A DNA stretch of 64,000 nucleotides from Phallusia mammillata. Taxonomy: Eukaryota. Shown here one piece after another: positions 1 through 13,600 of the stretch (positions are counted from its first letter, which is position 1; every line of letters begins with the position of its first letter). The DNA lies in NCBI GenBank assembly GCA_965637545.1, contig OZ281495.1:23064001-23128000 (forward strand), given 5' to 3'. The translations under genes were made by a program, and so were the position numbers. The notes under the pieces are model-generated. The model did not search any database and was not told the DNA's origin. It saw only the letters and a list, made by a program, of their open reading frames with translations.

Positions 1-3000
1 AAGCATAAAACGCGCTAACACGACAAGAGGAAACGCGTAACTACGTAAGACAAACAAATTGGGAAATGCTATGCTATTTTTATTTAATTTACACTATAGG
101 TTAAAACGACAATGCAAATTCAACAACTTGTGTGGAATAATTGTTTGCTTTGCAAAAACTGCTGCATGCTTTTCTTAGTCAAACTCGATCGGTTTCCGCA
201 CTTTTGTCGTTCGAGCGGTACCTTTCATTTGGTGACGTAATACCGGCTTGGTACTGTGGGTCGCTGATCTTTGGGTGCAACTTCGTGTCGTGTTTATTTG
301 TTCTCACCTCGGCCCGATAGGAAAACGGACCCTCCTTCCATTCTTTCGCCTCGTGGGGCCGCGTCAATGCACCCCTTGCATTGTTACTTGGCCCTACAGC
401 GCAAAAACCCGGGTGCCAGGTTACCGCCAGTATTCGGTGGCTGAGTGCCCGACCCTTGATTTTTCTAAAGGAAAGATAAACCATGATGAAGTGTCCCATC
501 TTAATCGCATTGTTGCTGAAACAACGAACGCACTCGGGATTTTGACACGTTTCGAGTTGTATCTGACACTCTTGTCGCTAATTCAGCCATTGTCCCGCCC
601 GTCGGGGTCTGCACGCCCCAACACCCACGCAACCCCATGAAAAGTGACGGGGCCGCAATCTGATCCAACCCCTATTGTTTCCCGTTCGAGTGGGTTTGTC
701 TTTTGCGGGATAGTCGGCCGTGTATGGTTTACTTTTCGCTCTTTGTGCGCTCCAACGCCCCGATGTCCCGTGCTCGGCACAGAATGGATGAAATCCCCAC
801 GTTTTGCCACAAAGTTTATCTTTTGCCGAGTGTAACAGTGCAGTGTCGATGTTTTTTTTTTCTCCGACTCGTTTCTGACAAGATCTGCCACGGGAAAACA
901 GGTAATGCACACCTTACGCCTTTGTTCGGAATCAAATCAAAAACAAACCATCCAAGTCTTTGGGGTTTCACGTCTCTTTTGTGAAAATGTTTGTTTTAGG
1001 CTCGTGCTACTTTGTAGTTACGATTGCCGACCTCTCGTGTTGCTTCGCTTACTAACACGAGCAGCATTCAGTCGATTTTAAATCGCCCCCGTTAGAGGTG
1101 TTAGGTTCGCCGCTTCGTCAACATCCGAAGATCGGCGATCTGGATGTTCCCGGGCCAGTTCCGAGCTCATGTCTAGCACGCAACGTCTGCAGTATCAGTC
1201 GTCGCCCTGCATGCGTTCCAGCAGTGGCAACCTGATCGCCCTCGTAGCCTTGCGACGCGCACTAAATGCCGGTTCTCAAAGCGACCCTAAAAATAACCCA
1301 CCGGAATGACAGCCTTGCAATCAAGTGCGGCCGGTCAGAAACTCTCACACCACCCGCATTGCACCTGTCCGACCTCCTGTATGCTCTCCAAGCCGACGCC
1401 GGAGAGACTTGGTCGCTTCCAGGCGGGCCCAGGCGCCGAGTCGCTCTCAGGAGAAGCAGGATGCAAGTGGAATCAATTGCACAGAGAAGAATAACAGCGG
1501 CAATTTGATGCTCGCCGGTTGACAGACGCCCTTGAACTCAATGCCCTACGATCACAATTAATCTGTGATCGGATAAAAGCCATGGTGCTACTTCCTGTTT
1601 GGTATTGACACCTCGCGTGAAGAGCCACCGCCGGCTTGCGACAACTATTTGCGGTTTCCCTTGTGCATTTCAAGCATTTAAGCTTAAAACTATTTGAAAA
1701 CGCTAATGGATTGCGTAACAGTTTGTGCGCCGAATTGGATTCCAAGTTTTTAAGCATTGGAATTCTTTAGTGATGATGAATATTGTGATATTGCATCTTT
1801 GGTCCATGGATTTCATGTAAAGCCGAATCTTTTTTACTTTTTTTAACCTTTTAAGCATCTAATGCATTTTATGAAACTTGTCTGCTACCTTTCTGAAATT
1901 CAAAGCTATTTGCAGTGTGTCAACAAATTAAACAAAATGGCGAGACAAAAACGAACCTTTCAAACAAAAACATCAAGAGATAAACTACATATATCAGATA
2001 CCACGCCAATCGTACTGGACATTAGCGGCTGACCGTTACCCGGCGGACAGCAATTCGTCATTCATGATTGTTGTTGGAGAGTGTTTGTGTGTTTGCCAGC
2101 TTCTTGACCGCATCTCGCCTTATCCTGACAGGTGAGATAGCGAACACGGTTCGGGGGCCTCGCTCACCTCCTTGTCGTGTCGCCGGCTTGTAACTGTTGC
2201 TGATGACACGCCACGTCGGTGCGCCGGGTATGTTGCGACATGCTCTGCAGCAACAACAACCTATTTCTGTCCCAGCGCACCCTAATAAACAGTTTGCCTT
2301 CACACGCTTGTGATGTAGTACTGGACATGTTGTGAATCGTCCACCGCCCGCCGTATCACCACGTAAGAGCCCTTTCTGGCGCCAATACCTTGCCAACGCC
2401 CGTACAGTCGCACACACAATGATGTGGCGTACCAGGTGAAAAACATACCACGGATTACACCACAAAACTTTACCTCCAAGTGAGCTTTCTAACATGACGT
2501 GAGTTAACCGTTTGCTTAAAGGTGTTAGCATTTCTCCCTTATTTTATTTCAAGTTAAAAGATCCCAATGATTTTTGCAAATATGATTTTTTGATTTGGGA
2601 AAGCTGTTTTTAATTACGGTTTACAGCATGTTGCTATGCTCGTTGCCAACTGTCACCTGGTAATATGCAACATGGGATGTGTGATGTGTTGAATTATTGA
2701 ATTTCCGTTGAAAAGTGTACAAGGCTGTTTAGTTAAGCGCTTTTTTCACGGACTTGTCTGCCTAAAGAATGTGGCATTTTTACCTCAGGTTTTGTTAGCA
2801 AATCTGGCATATTTGCACTGAACTGAATTTTGGCTCACGCACGCGGAGTAACAGGTTCGAAATATCTGCCATCGCCACACGCAACCAGACACCCCAATCT
2901 TCTGCTTTGGGGTCATAAGCTGTCAAGACCCAACCGTAAATCAATTGACAGTCGGTGACGTGCACATTGTCGTCAGCAGGATAAAGACCGAGGCTTGTGC

Positions 3001-4624
3001 CGGTGTGTTTGGTTTGTTCACTTCACCCGTCACGACCGCTTTCTCCGCTTGGGGAAGGGGCCAACTCCCGTTCAATGACCTTGACCAGAAAAACGGCGTT
3101 GGACCTCACATGTCGAAAGGACCCAGGCAACTGTGGCTGCAGTTTGTTGCCAGAACGACAGGGGGTTTGCTGAATACCATTCCTATTTTAGCCTACTGTT
3201 ACCCGATATACGGAACTCGTGTTGTGCGGTTTGCCTTTGCACGTAAACGACATTTACCTAGATTTGAGTGAGAAGTGCGTTGCTAATTACGAAATTGTGT
3301 CCTAGTGGAGGAACCCTTGTATTATTACATATCAACCTACATTTGTTTTATAACATGTTCATTGTCGTTGTTGTTCGTTTGGTATCGCATTTTAAAGTAT
3401 TCCCACGGTAGGGGAGTCACATTGTCTCTTGTTGACGGTTTGTTTAAACCAAAAACTCATTAACCGAAGGCGATCCATTTAATCCACTGCGCTTGTCTGC
3501 AAATATTATACGGAAGTCCCCGAAACGATAATCGACTATTTGAATGTAACCCAACCCAAAACCAACTGGAATCTCACGGGAAGTTTTTGGAGGCTTTAGC
3601 GGCCCATCACACCAGATTTGTGTTCTGTTTGTTTAAGCATCTTGTCGATAATCGGCCTTCTACTGTCCTTCAGATCACACATCAAAGCACCGAGTCATAG
3701 ATAGAGTTTCTCTGTATTTGCTTCATCACAGACGCAGCAGTGGTTGGTTGGATCAAGTCCCAACGCAAACCCCACCGTCGCTACGATCTACTGAAAAATA
3801 AACACAACACGGGCTTGGGTGGGCGCCCTTGCAATATTTGCATGCATTTTGTTGTGTGTACGTGTTCGGACATAGGTGTACACGATCGTTCAGCATAAAA
3901 AAACGGCAAACGGCAACTATTGTGCCAAGTGGAAAGGAGGTGCCGGGCAATAAAAAGGCGATTATTTGTATCGCTGTCAAGCTGTTATTAGGATGCTCAA
4001 CAAATTCTCAGGGAATATATTATGAAAGTCTCTTACGAGGAACTTGCGTTTCAGAAACAGAGATTGCAAAATACTGCACGTTTTCTCCGAGATGTAGAAG
4101 CATTGTTTGTTCAATTGAAATGAGGCGGAAACTGACTTAGTCCCGAATAAATACATGGCTAGTTGAATATTTAAATACTGTACACAAAAAAATAACAAGC
4201 AGCACACGCGTCCCAAAATCGACAAGGCCAGCAGTCAAGGACACACGGAAATAATATTAAAAGTAATAACAATAATAGGAAATAAAGTAAAACACAAAAC
4301 AGACTAATAGGACGGACACACATGGTAGAACTGCAAAACACGATTGCCTGTTGGTTTAAGCAGCATGTAGTATTCTGCAAAATATGACAAAACTCTGCAT
4401 CATGTAATAACGTGTGCTCTGTATTGCCTCTAGTGTTTTTCAGTGTAGCAACAGAAGAAGAAAGCAGCCTTTAATAAACCTCGTTCTGTGGCTACCAGTA
4501 AGCCTTCGATGTATTGGAAGCTGTTTGGTGGTTCGCTGTTCTGTCACCATACAGATTTTCACCATTTCATGCTGTGCAGTTTAAGATGGGACCTCTTGTT
4601 GGAGGCACAGTGCAACCTATCCAG

Positions 4625-7600
4625 CTAGCTGCAGGCGGTCATATGTGATTCAACGGTAAGGGGCGTCGAACAGTGGTTGCCTGGTTCATGCCCAGCTGAG
4701 GAAACAGAGGGAATGCTGCTGATCTCCGAGTCCGACATTGAGCTTTGGTTATGATCGGAGAAATTGCTGACCTGCAAGCACAAGTTACATATTTTAAACC
4801 ACTTGCTGAAAAAGCTGAAAATGGAAATTGGGTTCTGGTGTTTTTAATCGGAAACAATGACTTTATATCTGTTTCAAAAATTAATTTGATTACAATTTGT
4901 GACCTATAAAACAGGTGGGGATTTGGTTTTGCTGTAGCTTTGTCTTCCTACATGACATTTGCTTTGGTATTTTTGGTGCAGATTACTTACCAGTTGTTGA
5001 AATGCCGGTTGTTCGATTTCACTCTGCAGGGCGAAGTCGCTGAGTGCTTTCCATGCTGGTTGCTGGTAATTTTGCACCTCAACAGTATTGGCAACTGCCA
5101 CGTCGTTTCGTACTGGCTCGGATGCAACCATTGGAACGCCATTCATTCCCGATAAACCTTGACCACCGTTCGATCCACTCTGAAAGCCAAAACAGCCATT
5201 TTAATTCTTTCATACCCTTTTGGTGGTTGTAAAATTTCGTATGTGCCAAAACTTAAGGCGTTAAAATTTTTGTCTTAAGATTTGGATAACGTGGTTTGTA
5301 TGTTTGTGTATGATTCTTTGCGGCTACATTTTTTCTTATCACCCGGGTATAACCGACGCATTGTTGCTGCGAGGCCTTATCGCGTGTGTCAATATGCGGA
5401 GCACCTGAAAATAAGTGGAAGACAAACGTGTGGACAGGCGACACGTCAGTTTCACGTCGATCGTTTGTCACTAACATTTGTGGTCGAATACCGTAACTGT
5501 TATTACCCCCTCTGAGATAAAGTATTTGTTTCAGCGCAGTGGCCAATTATCGCGGGGTACTTGACAGTTAGGGACCTCAGCTTAAAAGTGTGGGAACGCA
5601 TTTACGTGCATGTCTTGTATCTATCTCAACGACAGCTCTTGAGTTTTGGTGTAATGTTGCGAAGTTTGTCTGATGCCTTTCCGCTACCGGGCGCCTCGGA
5701 CACGGGCATTTCGGGTCCCCATGCGATCGCGGACACTTAAATAGGAGAACGCTCATTGCCTGATAGTGGGCCCTCACCAGGGACGTGATAACATAACCCG
5801 ATACACGTATTTACACTTCGAGCCCTCCATCGCAGTAGTTTAATGATTTATCCGCGTACGCCTACGATTGCCGCCCGATGTACGTTGCAACATCACACTC
5901 CGCGACACTCGTCTACGTGTGAACACCAATTCTTGTATAACGGTCGTTTGCGCTCAAAGGTTATGTCCACACTGGCGTATTTTTCGACTTAAGAGCGCAG
6001 TACAGGGCGTTTACAGTGCTACCTTATCCGAGAGACCTTGCGTGATTAACACGGTTTTAATTGCACCCTTCTCCAGCATTGGGCAGGTCAAGGCCGCTCG
6101 GGGTTGTGTGGCTTATTTGTTCATCTGGACAGCAAATCTGCGCCAGACTCTGGCCGCAATTTTTGCAGTTCGTGTTGAATGCCAACAATCGTAAATCTAT
6201 CACTAATACTTGTCGCGGTCGGTGTGTTTGCGGTAACCTGACTACGGCGCAAAATATTGATATGGGGCGCCCAAACACCTGTGATTATTGGATAGGAGAA
6301 AAACTGCACTGCAAGTAGCTGGATGTGTTTCTGTATAGGCTGTTGCTAGTGTTCGTACCTGGTCGCCGGATTGTTGCTGTTGTTGTTTTGCTTGTTGTTC
6401 TTGCATGTGTTTTAAGGCGATTGATCTTTTCTTGTCCTTGCAACGTTTGTTTTGAAACCAGACGCGGATGACTCGCGAGGAGAGACCGGTCATTTCGGTC
6501 AGTTGTTCTTTCATGAGGGCATCAGGTCGACAGTTTGCGGCGTAACAAGTTCTCAACGTGTGCAGTTGTTTCTCGTTCAGCACGGTCCGCACTCGTGTCG
6601 TTTTGCCATCTTTCCGTTTTGCGCCACTGCGATGTCCGCTTTTTCCCTGGTCGCTGTTGGAAGACCCGTTCATTCTGCCCATCACTGGCGGACTGACGAT
6701 GCCGTTGGGGCCGTTGCCGCCCGGAGGAAACCCTGGCAAGTGGTGAGGGTCGTGTCGGCCTAAATACAAAACAGGTGTTGTGTGAGGAGAAAGTACACCG
6801 TCGGAATGCAAAGCTATGTATAGGATCACGTTGCCGTCGTGAAGGATCAGTCAGTATTGTTTGTGTACGAAAACACGATGTTCGATCAAACGCAACAGTT
6901 AACTCGGTGATGGGTAACATGAGCGAGTTCAGAGCCGGGTCCACGCTGTGCCAAGATATCGCACCGAGAACAAATAAACAGGCGTTGAGGGTGACATCTG
7001 GCTTCAAAGATCACCCTGTCCCGCGATTTTTATCTATATAATTGCAGGGTCCTGGCCGCACGAGTGCGTGGTATCGCAGTTGCTATCGAACCGAGTTCAG
7101 GCTTCTCCAGGTGCACGGACAGCGAATTACAGGGATCAACTGAGCACATCGCAACGTTGCGAGGAAAATCAACGGGTTTTGAACACTTAACAAGGCCGAA
7201 TGGCCGCCTGGAGGTTGTGCCCGCAAAAATTAAAGTTTCCGGCGCAGACCGAATGGTATCCGCTATTTTGGGTTTTCGGTTTCATGCCGAAGAGGAACGC
7301 TAATCCACTGCCAACTGCTTCAAGACTTCCGCGCAGTGTTCAGGCTGCTGCGCGAGCTATCAGGGGAGAATCTCCCTGGACGATCAAAGACGAACTTTAG
7401 TGGCCACAAGCGATCGGCTGTCAGTCATTCGAGGACGCAGCGCGGTGCAGGCATTTAAAGCTTGCACAGTGGCAACAAAGCGCAACGTTGCCGACCAAAC
7501 TTCCTAGAGGCAGAGGACCGTTGTGACGGCTAGTCCTGCGAACGCGGTTTTATTCTACAGTCGGCCATTTGCTTCAGATTTCTATCTGCGATCGTAGCAA

Positions 7601-10600
7601 GGCGTCGAGAAAAAGACTCGATAAAGATCAGGGAGAAAGTCCTGCATTGATCCGCCGCCTCCGAACGCCACGGGCTTTTGGTCTGGGCGAAGTTTTGGGT
7701 AAACAGCCTGCGGTTCATTCCGCAAGTGCCGATGCCTTGCGGACCAATGAACTTCTAAATTAAAGTCGACACGTTTATAGGTCTCGAAACATGTTTTTTT
7801 TGCGACACTCTGTGTACAATGATTTACCAGGTACTCACGACTGAACCGAAAGGTTTTAAATGGTTTGTTGCTCACCTATCATTTCGCCTGCCGCAACAAC
7901 TTCGTGGTCCGCCTTGCAGAAGAGCCCGTCGTCCCGCAAAGCGAACTCGTCGCCCGGAATCAGTTGTCGACTGCACGCCACGCACTTGAAGCACTGGATG
8001 TGGTAGATCTTGTCCCGCGCCCGCATCACGAAGTCGTTTTTGCTGAAGCCGAGACCGCACTTGTTGCATTTGGTTCCGAAAAGCCTGAAACGCAATGAAT
8101 ACGCGTTAGAATAATTCGCACGATGGAAAACAAATCGAATTTCAGTCAAACTCTATTGCCTGCAGAATGCGGGCGTGTAAGTCCCATGGGCCAGCGTCTA
8201 TTTTGAATTGAACAAGTTCCCTAATTGCCCTGCTTCGCAACTGCGTTGGAAGTACGCGCGGGTTTGCAATGTTTTCACCTCCTTTGGCACCGGCTATTCT
8301 GCGCCCATTAGCGTGACATATTCACTTCGGGATACGCAGCTGGAAGCGAGGACGTGCAAATCCCTTGCGACTGCGGCCACTGCGCGTGCACACATCAAAC
8401 TCGGTGACGTGAATAAAGACGTCATCAACAACTAGCAGAGTCCGCAGACTATGGTAGCATATAGTCCGTTACAAATCCAACAAAATTTCATGACGGTTGT
8501 TTGCACGATTAATTGGCGCTGGACAATGTCAACTTGCCAATAACGGTTACCGGGAATTCAGCGCCCTTTGTTGGGTCAAGTGGCGACAGGTCAACTGCCC
8601 GACATATTTAGGTAGCGTAATTACGTTGTCACTTGATTGCAATGCAAGCAAGGGGTCAAATAACACGAGTGGGCGACAAGTGGCCAGCGATCGAAGGTCT
8701 TTTGAATCGTTTGTCAGCCTTCACGGATATGGCAGGGTACGCGAGATTTGTCTATCACCGATTTCGGTTGTTCCGCCGCAGCAGATGAGATAATAATCTG
8801 CGCAGGCACATATCGGAGTTCGTCAATGTCAGAATCGATGCCGAGTGAAATTAACAACGAAAACACGGTTTACTGCCGAAAGCAGTAATCAGGTTAGGAA
8901 TTGCTGCACTGGGCTTTTGTCTAATCCCGATCGGATCTTGTTTCACCGATTTTTACAACACTACTCCTGATTTAGGGCGCACTTCTTCGGCGTGTATCAT
9001 AATTTTTCTGACAGTCCTACGAAATTGCGTGGTTCCGTTTTACAGGTGACACGTTTTCAGTGGGTTAGACAAGAATCGGTTTAGTGACAGATGTACCGTG
9101 TACATCTTCTGTGACATTTAGCCATGAAATAATAAGTTACCGGCTTGGATACAATATTGGGCGCAGAAAAGCGACCAAGAAAATCTCAGCCACAGATGAT
9201 AGTGGTTTCACTGGACATCTCGTGCTTCTGACAATGCTCTCAGGTAGTTTAAACTACAGTCCTTGGGGCACGATTTCCGAATTTGCAACCTTCGCGTTTT
9301 AAAACTAACGCACCCAAGGGCTTCACACGCGCCTCTCGCCCGGCGAGCAGTCTAATCCCGTGTTGTTTCAGCAGGGCCTAGACCGCCGCTAAAAGACCGG
9401 CGATGTAAAAACAAAGCAATTGCCCGTAAAAACACGGGGTTTGGAGACGCGTCAAAACCGGCGATGGAGAAAAATGATGCACACCCTTGCCGATCCCCAG
9501 TCAAGCCGCGTTGCAAAAAGCTTGTGTTTCTCGCCGAAGCGCAACCATTCGGTGGGAAATCGTGAAAATAACTCGGCGGCAGCGTTTGCTCAGGCCCCTG
9601 GGAACTTGTGAAATATTAATGGCGGGAGGTGTGCGCGCGGTGACAGTTGCACACAAATATACAAAGCAACGGGGCACGGTTGTTGTTGTTGCGCAAAAAG
9701 AAACCGTTGCGTCAGCTCCTCTGCCAGGGTTTTAACATGCCGCGCGCTGCCATCGCCGCCTCGGTTATCGATTAATCGAAATCGAAACCGCGCTTTCCAC
9801 TTGGATCAATTTGAGTCACAAGTTTTTTCACGAACAAATGAAAACATCCCTTCCGGGCCATGACGTACCCTTGCTCGATTTATCTTTGGCCAGGAGATCG
9901 CTTTTGTATGTATGGAACACAGAAATCGACATGGGATTGCTGCTCTAAAACTTGGCAGCTCTGATTCGTATTGATCGCTTCTTATGCTACCTTAATGCTG
10001 GGTGATCGACCGTACACGGAATAAAAGTCAACGTCCAATATGTAGCCAAATGCCTGACAGTCGTATGTTTATTGTACGCTTCCCGTTTAAGATAACATGG
10101 CACCAGACGCAGCCGAATAAATTGCAACACTTACGTCTTCGAGCGCCTCGTTTCTTTCCAAACTTTTCAGCCGAATTCGAGATCTGTGCGATAAGACCGC
10201 GACATGGACTATTGTTTCTGGGATCCCGGCGAAACGTCGGAGGCCCCGTTATTAGGAGATCGCGATCTTTGGAAACGAAACCTAATACGGGACTCACTGC
10301 GATCGACGACGCCTGCGCTCAGCGCCCCACCCGGGCAAGTTTCCCGACTCCAGCCGTGCATAATTTGGCGCATACCCATAACACCACATCCACTGTACCA
10401 AGTTTTGTATCGGGTATCGATTGGCACGGCCGATAAGTCTGTTCAAGTGAGCGAGCACAATAGAACGTTCGACACCGGTAAGTCGACGCTTACACGAAAA
10501 TTGGCCCAACATTGGCAATGGCAAATTGCGTTCAATGCCAAAAAAAAGAAAATTTGAGAATTAGCATGCACAAAGCATAAGTTTATTAAACGCCTACCGC

Positions 10601-13600
10601 GCGACTAGGGCGCCAAAGCTGACATTTTCATCGAAAAGCCAACAGCGGCGCAATCGATCGACAAGGGGAGCGGGATCGGTGAGTAAAAACACGACGATGG
10701 CGGGCGCAGTTGGGCGAATATTGTGATGGATTTGCGCCTCGCTAAAAAGGCGAACTATGATACTTAATTGCGAAATCAAGATAGAAAAGCGTCAGGTCGC
10801 GCCCAGGTAAAGGTTCGCATGCGCGCCTCATCAATAATTCATGGCCGGGGCCCGTCAGGATTTCGCAAGTGCCCAGGAGGTCACAAATATACGACTCGCT
10901 AAATGTTCAAGTAAAACTTGGGGCCAGCTGAAATTACCCGAGGGATTAGCGCTGGCCAGTGCTTTCACCAGTTGAGTTTAGTCCCAACAAGTTTTAATCA
11001 CTTAAAAGATTTCGTTGACAACTTGTTTTACGATACAAAAACAGGGAAACCAAATTCAACGTATTTTTTCTCGTCCATGTATAAAATGCGTTGTTTAAAT
11101 TTGAAATCCAATCTTATTGTGACAAATTACAATTTGAACAGAACATCCTACAGACCAATGAGAAATACAAAACTGTGATTACAATTCTGCAGCAAACACT
11201 CACCTTGTGTAGTCTCGCTTGCAGTAAGTTTTGCCGTCCCTCACAAAACAAGTGCACGTCTCGTCCAAATACTGACCACAATCGGCGCACTTTAGGCAAC
11301 CGGCGTGCCACTCAAGGTTGGGCGCCACTCGGAGGATATACTGGTCATGGATCGGCATCCCACAGCCCACGCATAGGGGAATATGGCAAGGATCTGTAAT
11401 AAATGCAAAAATATTATACACTGCTTGTGATTTTTGTTTTGTTTCAGTCACAAAATTCTAATCAAACTATTTGTTAGAAATAAGATATTATAGCGAAATC
11501 TAAGAATTAAGTTTTAAGTGCAATGGTTGGCATTTGCTGTGTTCCACTGTGTATGTTCATAAGATGTTTGTTTAAGTTGTTGTGTTTATGTTTTTCCTCA
11601 AACACAGAAAATATTTTTACACCACCCCAAGTTATATTGCCCGTTGAGGATTTCTATGATCACCGTTTAGATTTTGTTTTGAACCACAGCTTAAAAGTAA
11701 CACGAAGCCTGAAAAACTGCCTTTATTTTTTGATTTTTCTATCTCTTTGATATACGATGCGCGCCTTTTTGGCTACATGATTTTTGTCGTCGTATTGATC
11801 GTTGGAAATCGTGATCCAATCATATTGGCTAAGCTTGTAGATGAAGGTAATCCTTCAAGGGCTTTTCAATGAAGACACGTTACTGAAGGACTTCGATCGT
11901 TTTCATTTCGACTTCCACGGTTTTGCGGTCAAGGGCGAGGGGTGATGGTGAAATCGTGTTCTGTCAAGCCCTGACGTAAATGTTTTATATTTTGAGCAAT
12001 TGTTTTCGCTCAGTGGTGAGGAAAAATCTCTTCCCTGCCACGTAGGTCAATGCCAGTCATGTTTGCTTTCCCTATTTGGTTAAATTCATTTAAATTAAAT
12101 TGAACACAACAATTTTGTATTCTATGTTTTTTAACTTGCCATTTAGCTCGGTTATTGTTTAAAAACACAATCTCTTTCCCGAGAAAAATAGATTCTCAGA
12201 ACATTTTTGCTGATGAAAGGATAAAACGCCACTTTCATTGCCCTATCGTACAAGCTGTTAATTACTATTTTTGGCATCTACCTTGACGGCCGGAACCTTT
12301 AATCGCTTTGAATGTTTATTTACGTATATCACCAGGGTGAAATCAGATATCGCTTGATGAAATTCCACTTTGCAACCGTGGCCACTTTACTGTTGTTGCT
12401 AGTATCGCACGTGTGGTAACAAATCGGCTTGCTTGTTTAATAATGAGATTAGGGAACGGATTCAAATCCGGAAGGGCGAATCACGCAAGATTTGCTCCAT
12501 TGTGTTTGCCCCGTGCGACGCGATGCGTGTAAAGGATCCCTGTAATCGTCGACGGCATATGTCGTTTTGACGTTGGATATCGTAATTGGCCGCCTATCGT
12601 CTGTAATTGACTCCCTCAGGAATCATCGGGAAAAAATTCCCACGTTGTGAATTGGCGTACGCTTAGTGTATGCTACATCGTGATTTCTTGTATTGATGTA
12701 CACGCGTGCTGTTACATACTTTTGTTGTTGTAATATATATGTATAATCTATAACCTGCTTGAGAAAAAGGCGTCAAAAATGGCGCCCGAGCTGGGTGCTC
12801 AAAATGAACGCTGCCTGTGCGACCAACTTTCGCGAGTAAATAAACGCGTCGCAAAGATTGTTGTCAAACAGCCGTAAACAGGCGACCCTTATGGCGAGGC
12901 TTATGATTTTGCGCTTCTTATTTTTCCCCGACAAGACGCCATGTTATCGGGGCAATCGCACAGGTGTTTCTGGCGAACAAAAGATAAGAATGCTAACGAC
13001 AGAAATGGTGCCACATTAAAGCACCGACAGACTGTTTGCGTGTACACATGCAGCTGCACATCGAGTTTTGTCATCTATTCTCTATGCGCAGTTTGCGATT
13101 TTTTGGTCGCAATTACGCTCGTTATGGACCGATCAAAAACCTGTCAAAGGTCTCCCATAGTTGCATTGTTTTTTTTTTGGCAGATTTATAGCCAAAGTCC
13201 CGAAATTTCCTCGCATACTGTCAACTACGTAGGACCGTGTCTTTGCGGGCGTTTACTGCGTGGTCTTGACATGGATACGTAATTAAAATCAGTGGTCGCC
13301 TCGATTGCTCTTTTCAGACCCGCATTAAACTTTTATCGCCCCACAACCCTCTTGAGAAAGCCTTCATCCGGTTGCTTGTTCCGGGTGAAATTGGAATTTA
13401 CCGCAACAAGGGAAGATGGGTTGCCAAGAGGCAGTCAGTCCGCTTTGTGTATTACTTGTTTGCGCAGCGGGTCCGGTAATTCCTGCACTGTCTTGCAAAA
13501 CTGTATCGTGCAAGCAAACATATAGACACGACGCGCTCCTCAAATTTGACAAACGACTATCGTTGACTTGATAGGCAAGATGGCCCCGCCAAGGTTCACA

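Noticed and set aside
179-4380. Many 60-157 aa ORFs downstream of Islet
   Set aside because: No recognisable domains or consistent exon chain, and they overlap on both strands. Best explained as chance ORFs in GC-rich non-coding DNA.
7318-7376. Acceptor-like TCCAG in Islet intron 3 leading to an in-frame stop (possible poison exon)
   Set aside because: No convincing donor follows, and exons 3 and 4 already join in phase.
13573-13582. AGGCAAGATG, matching the 5' end of miR-31
   Set aside because: The match stops at 10 nt and no precursor hairpin is apparent.
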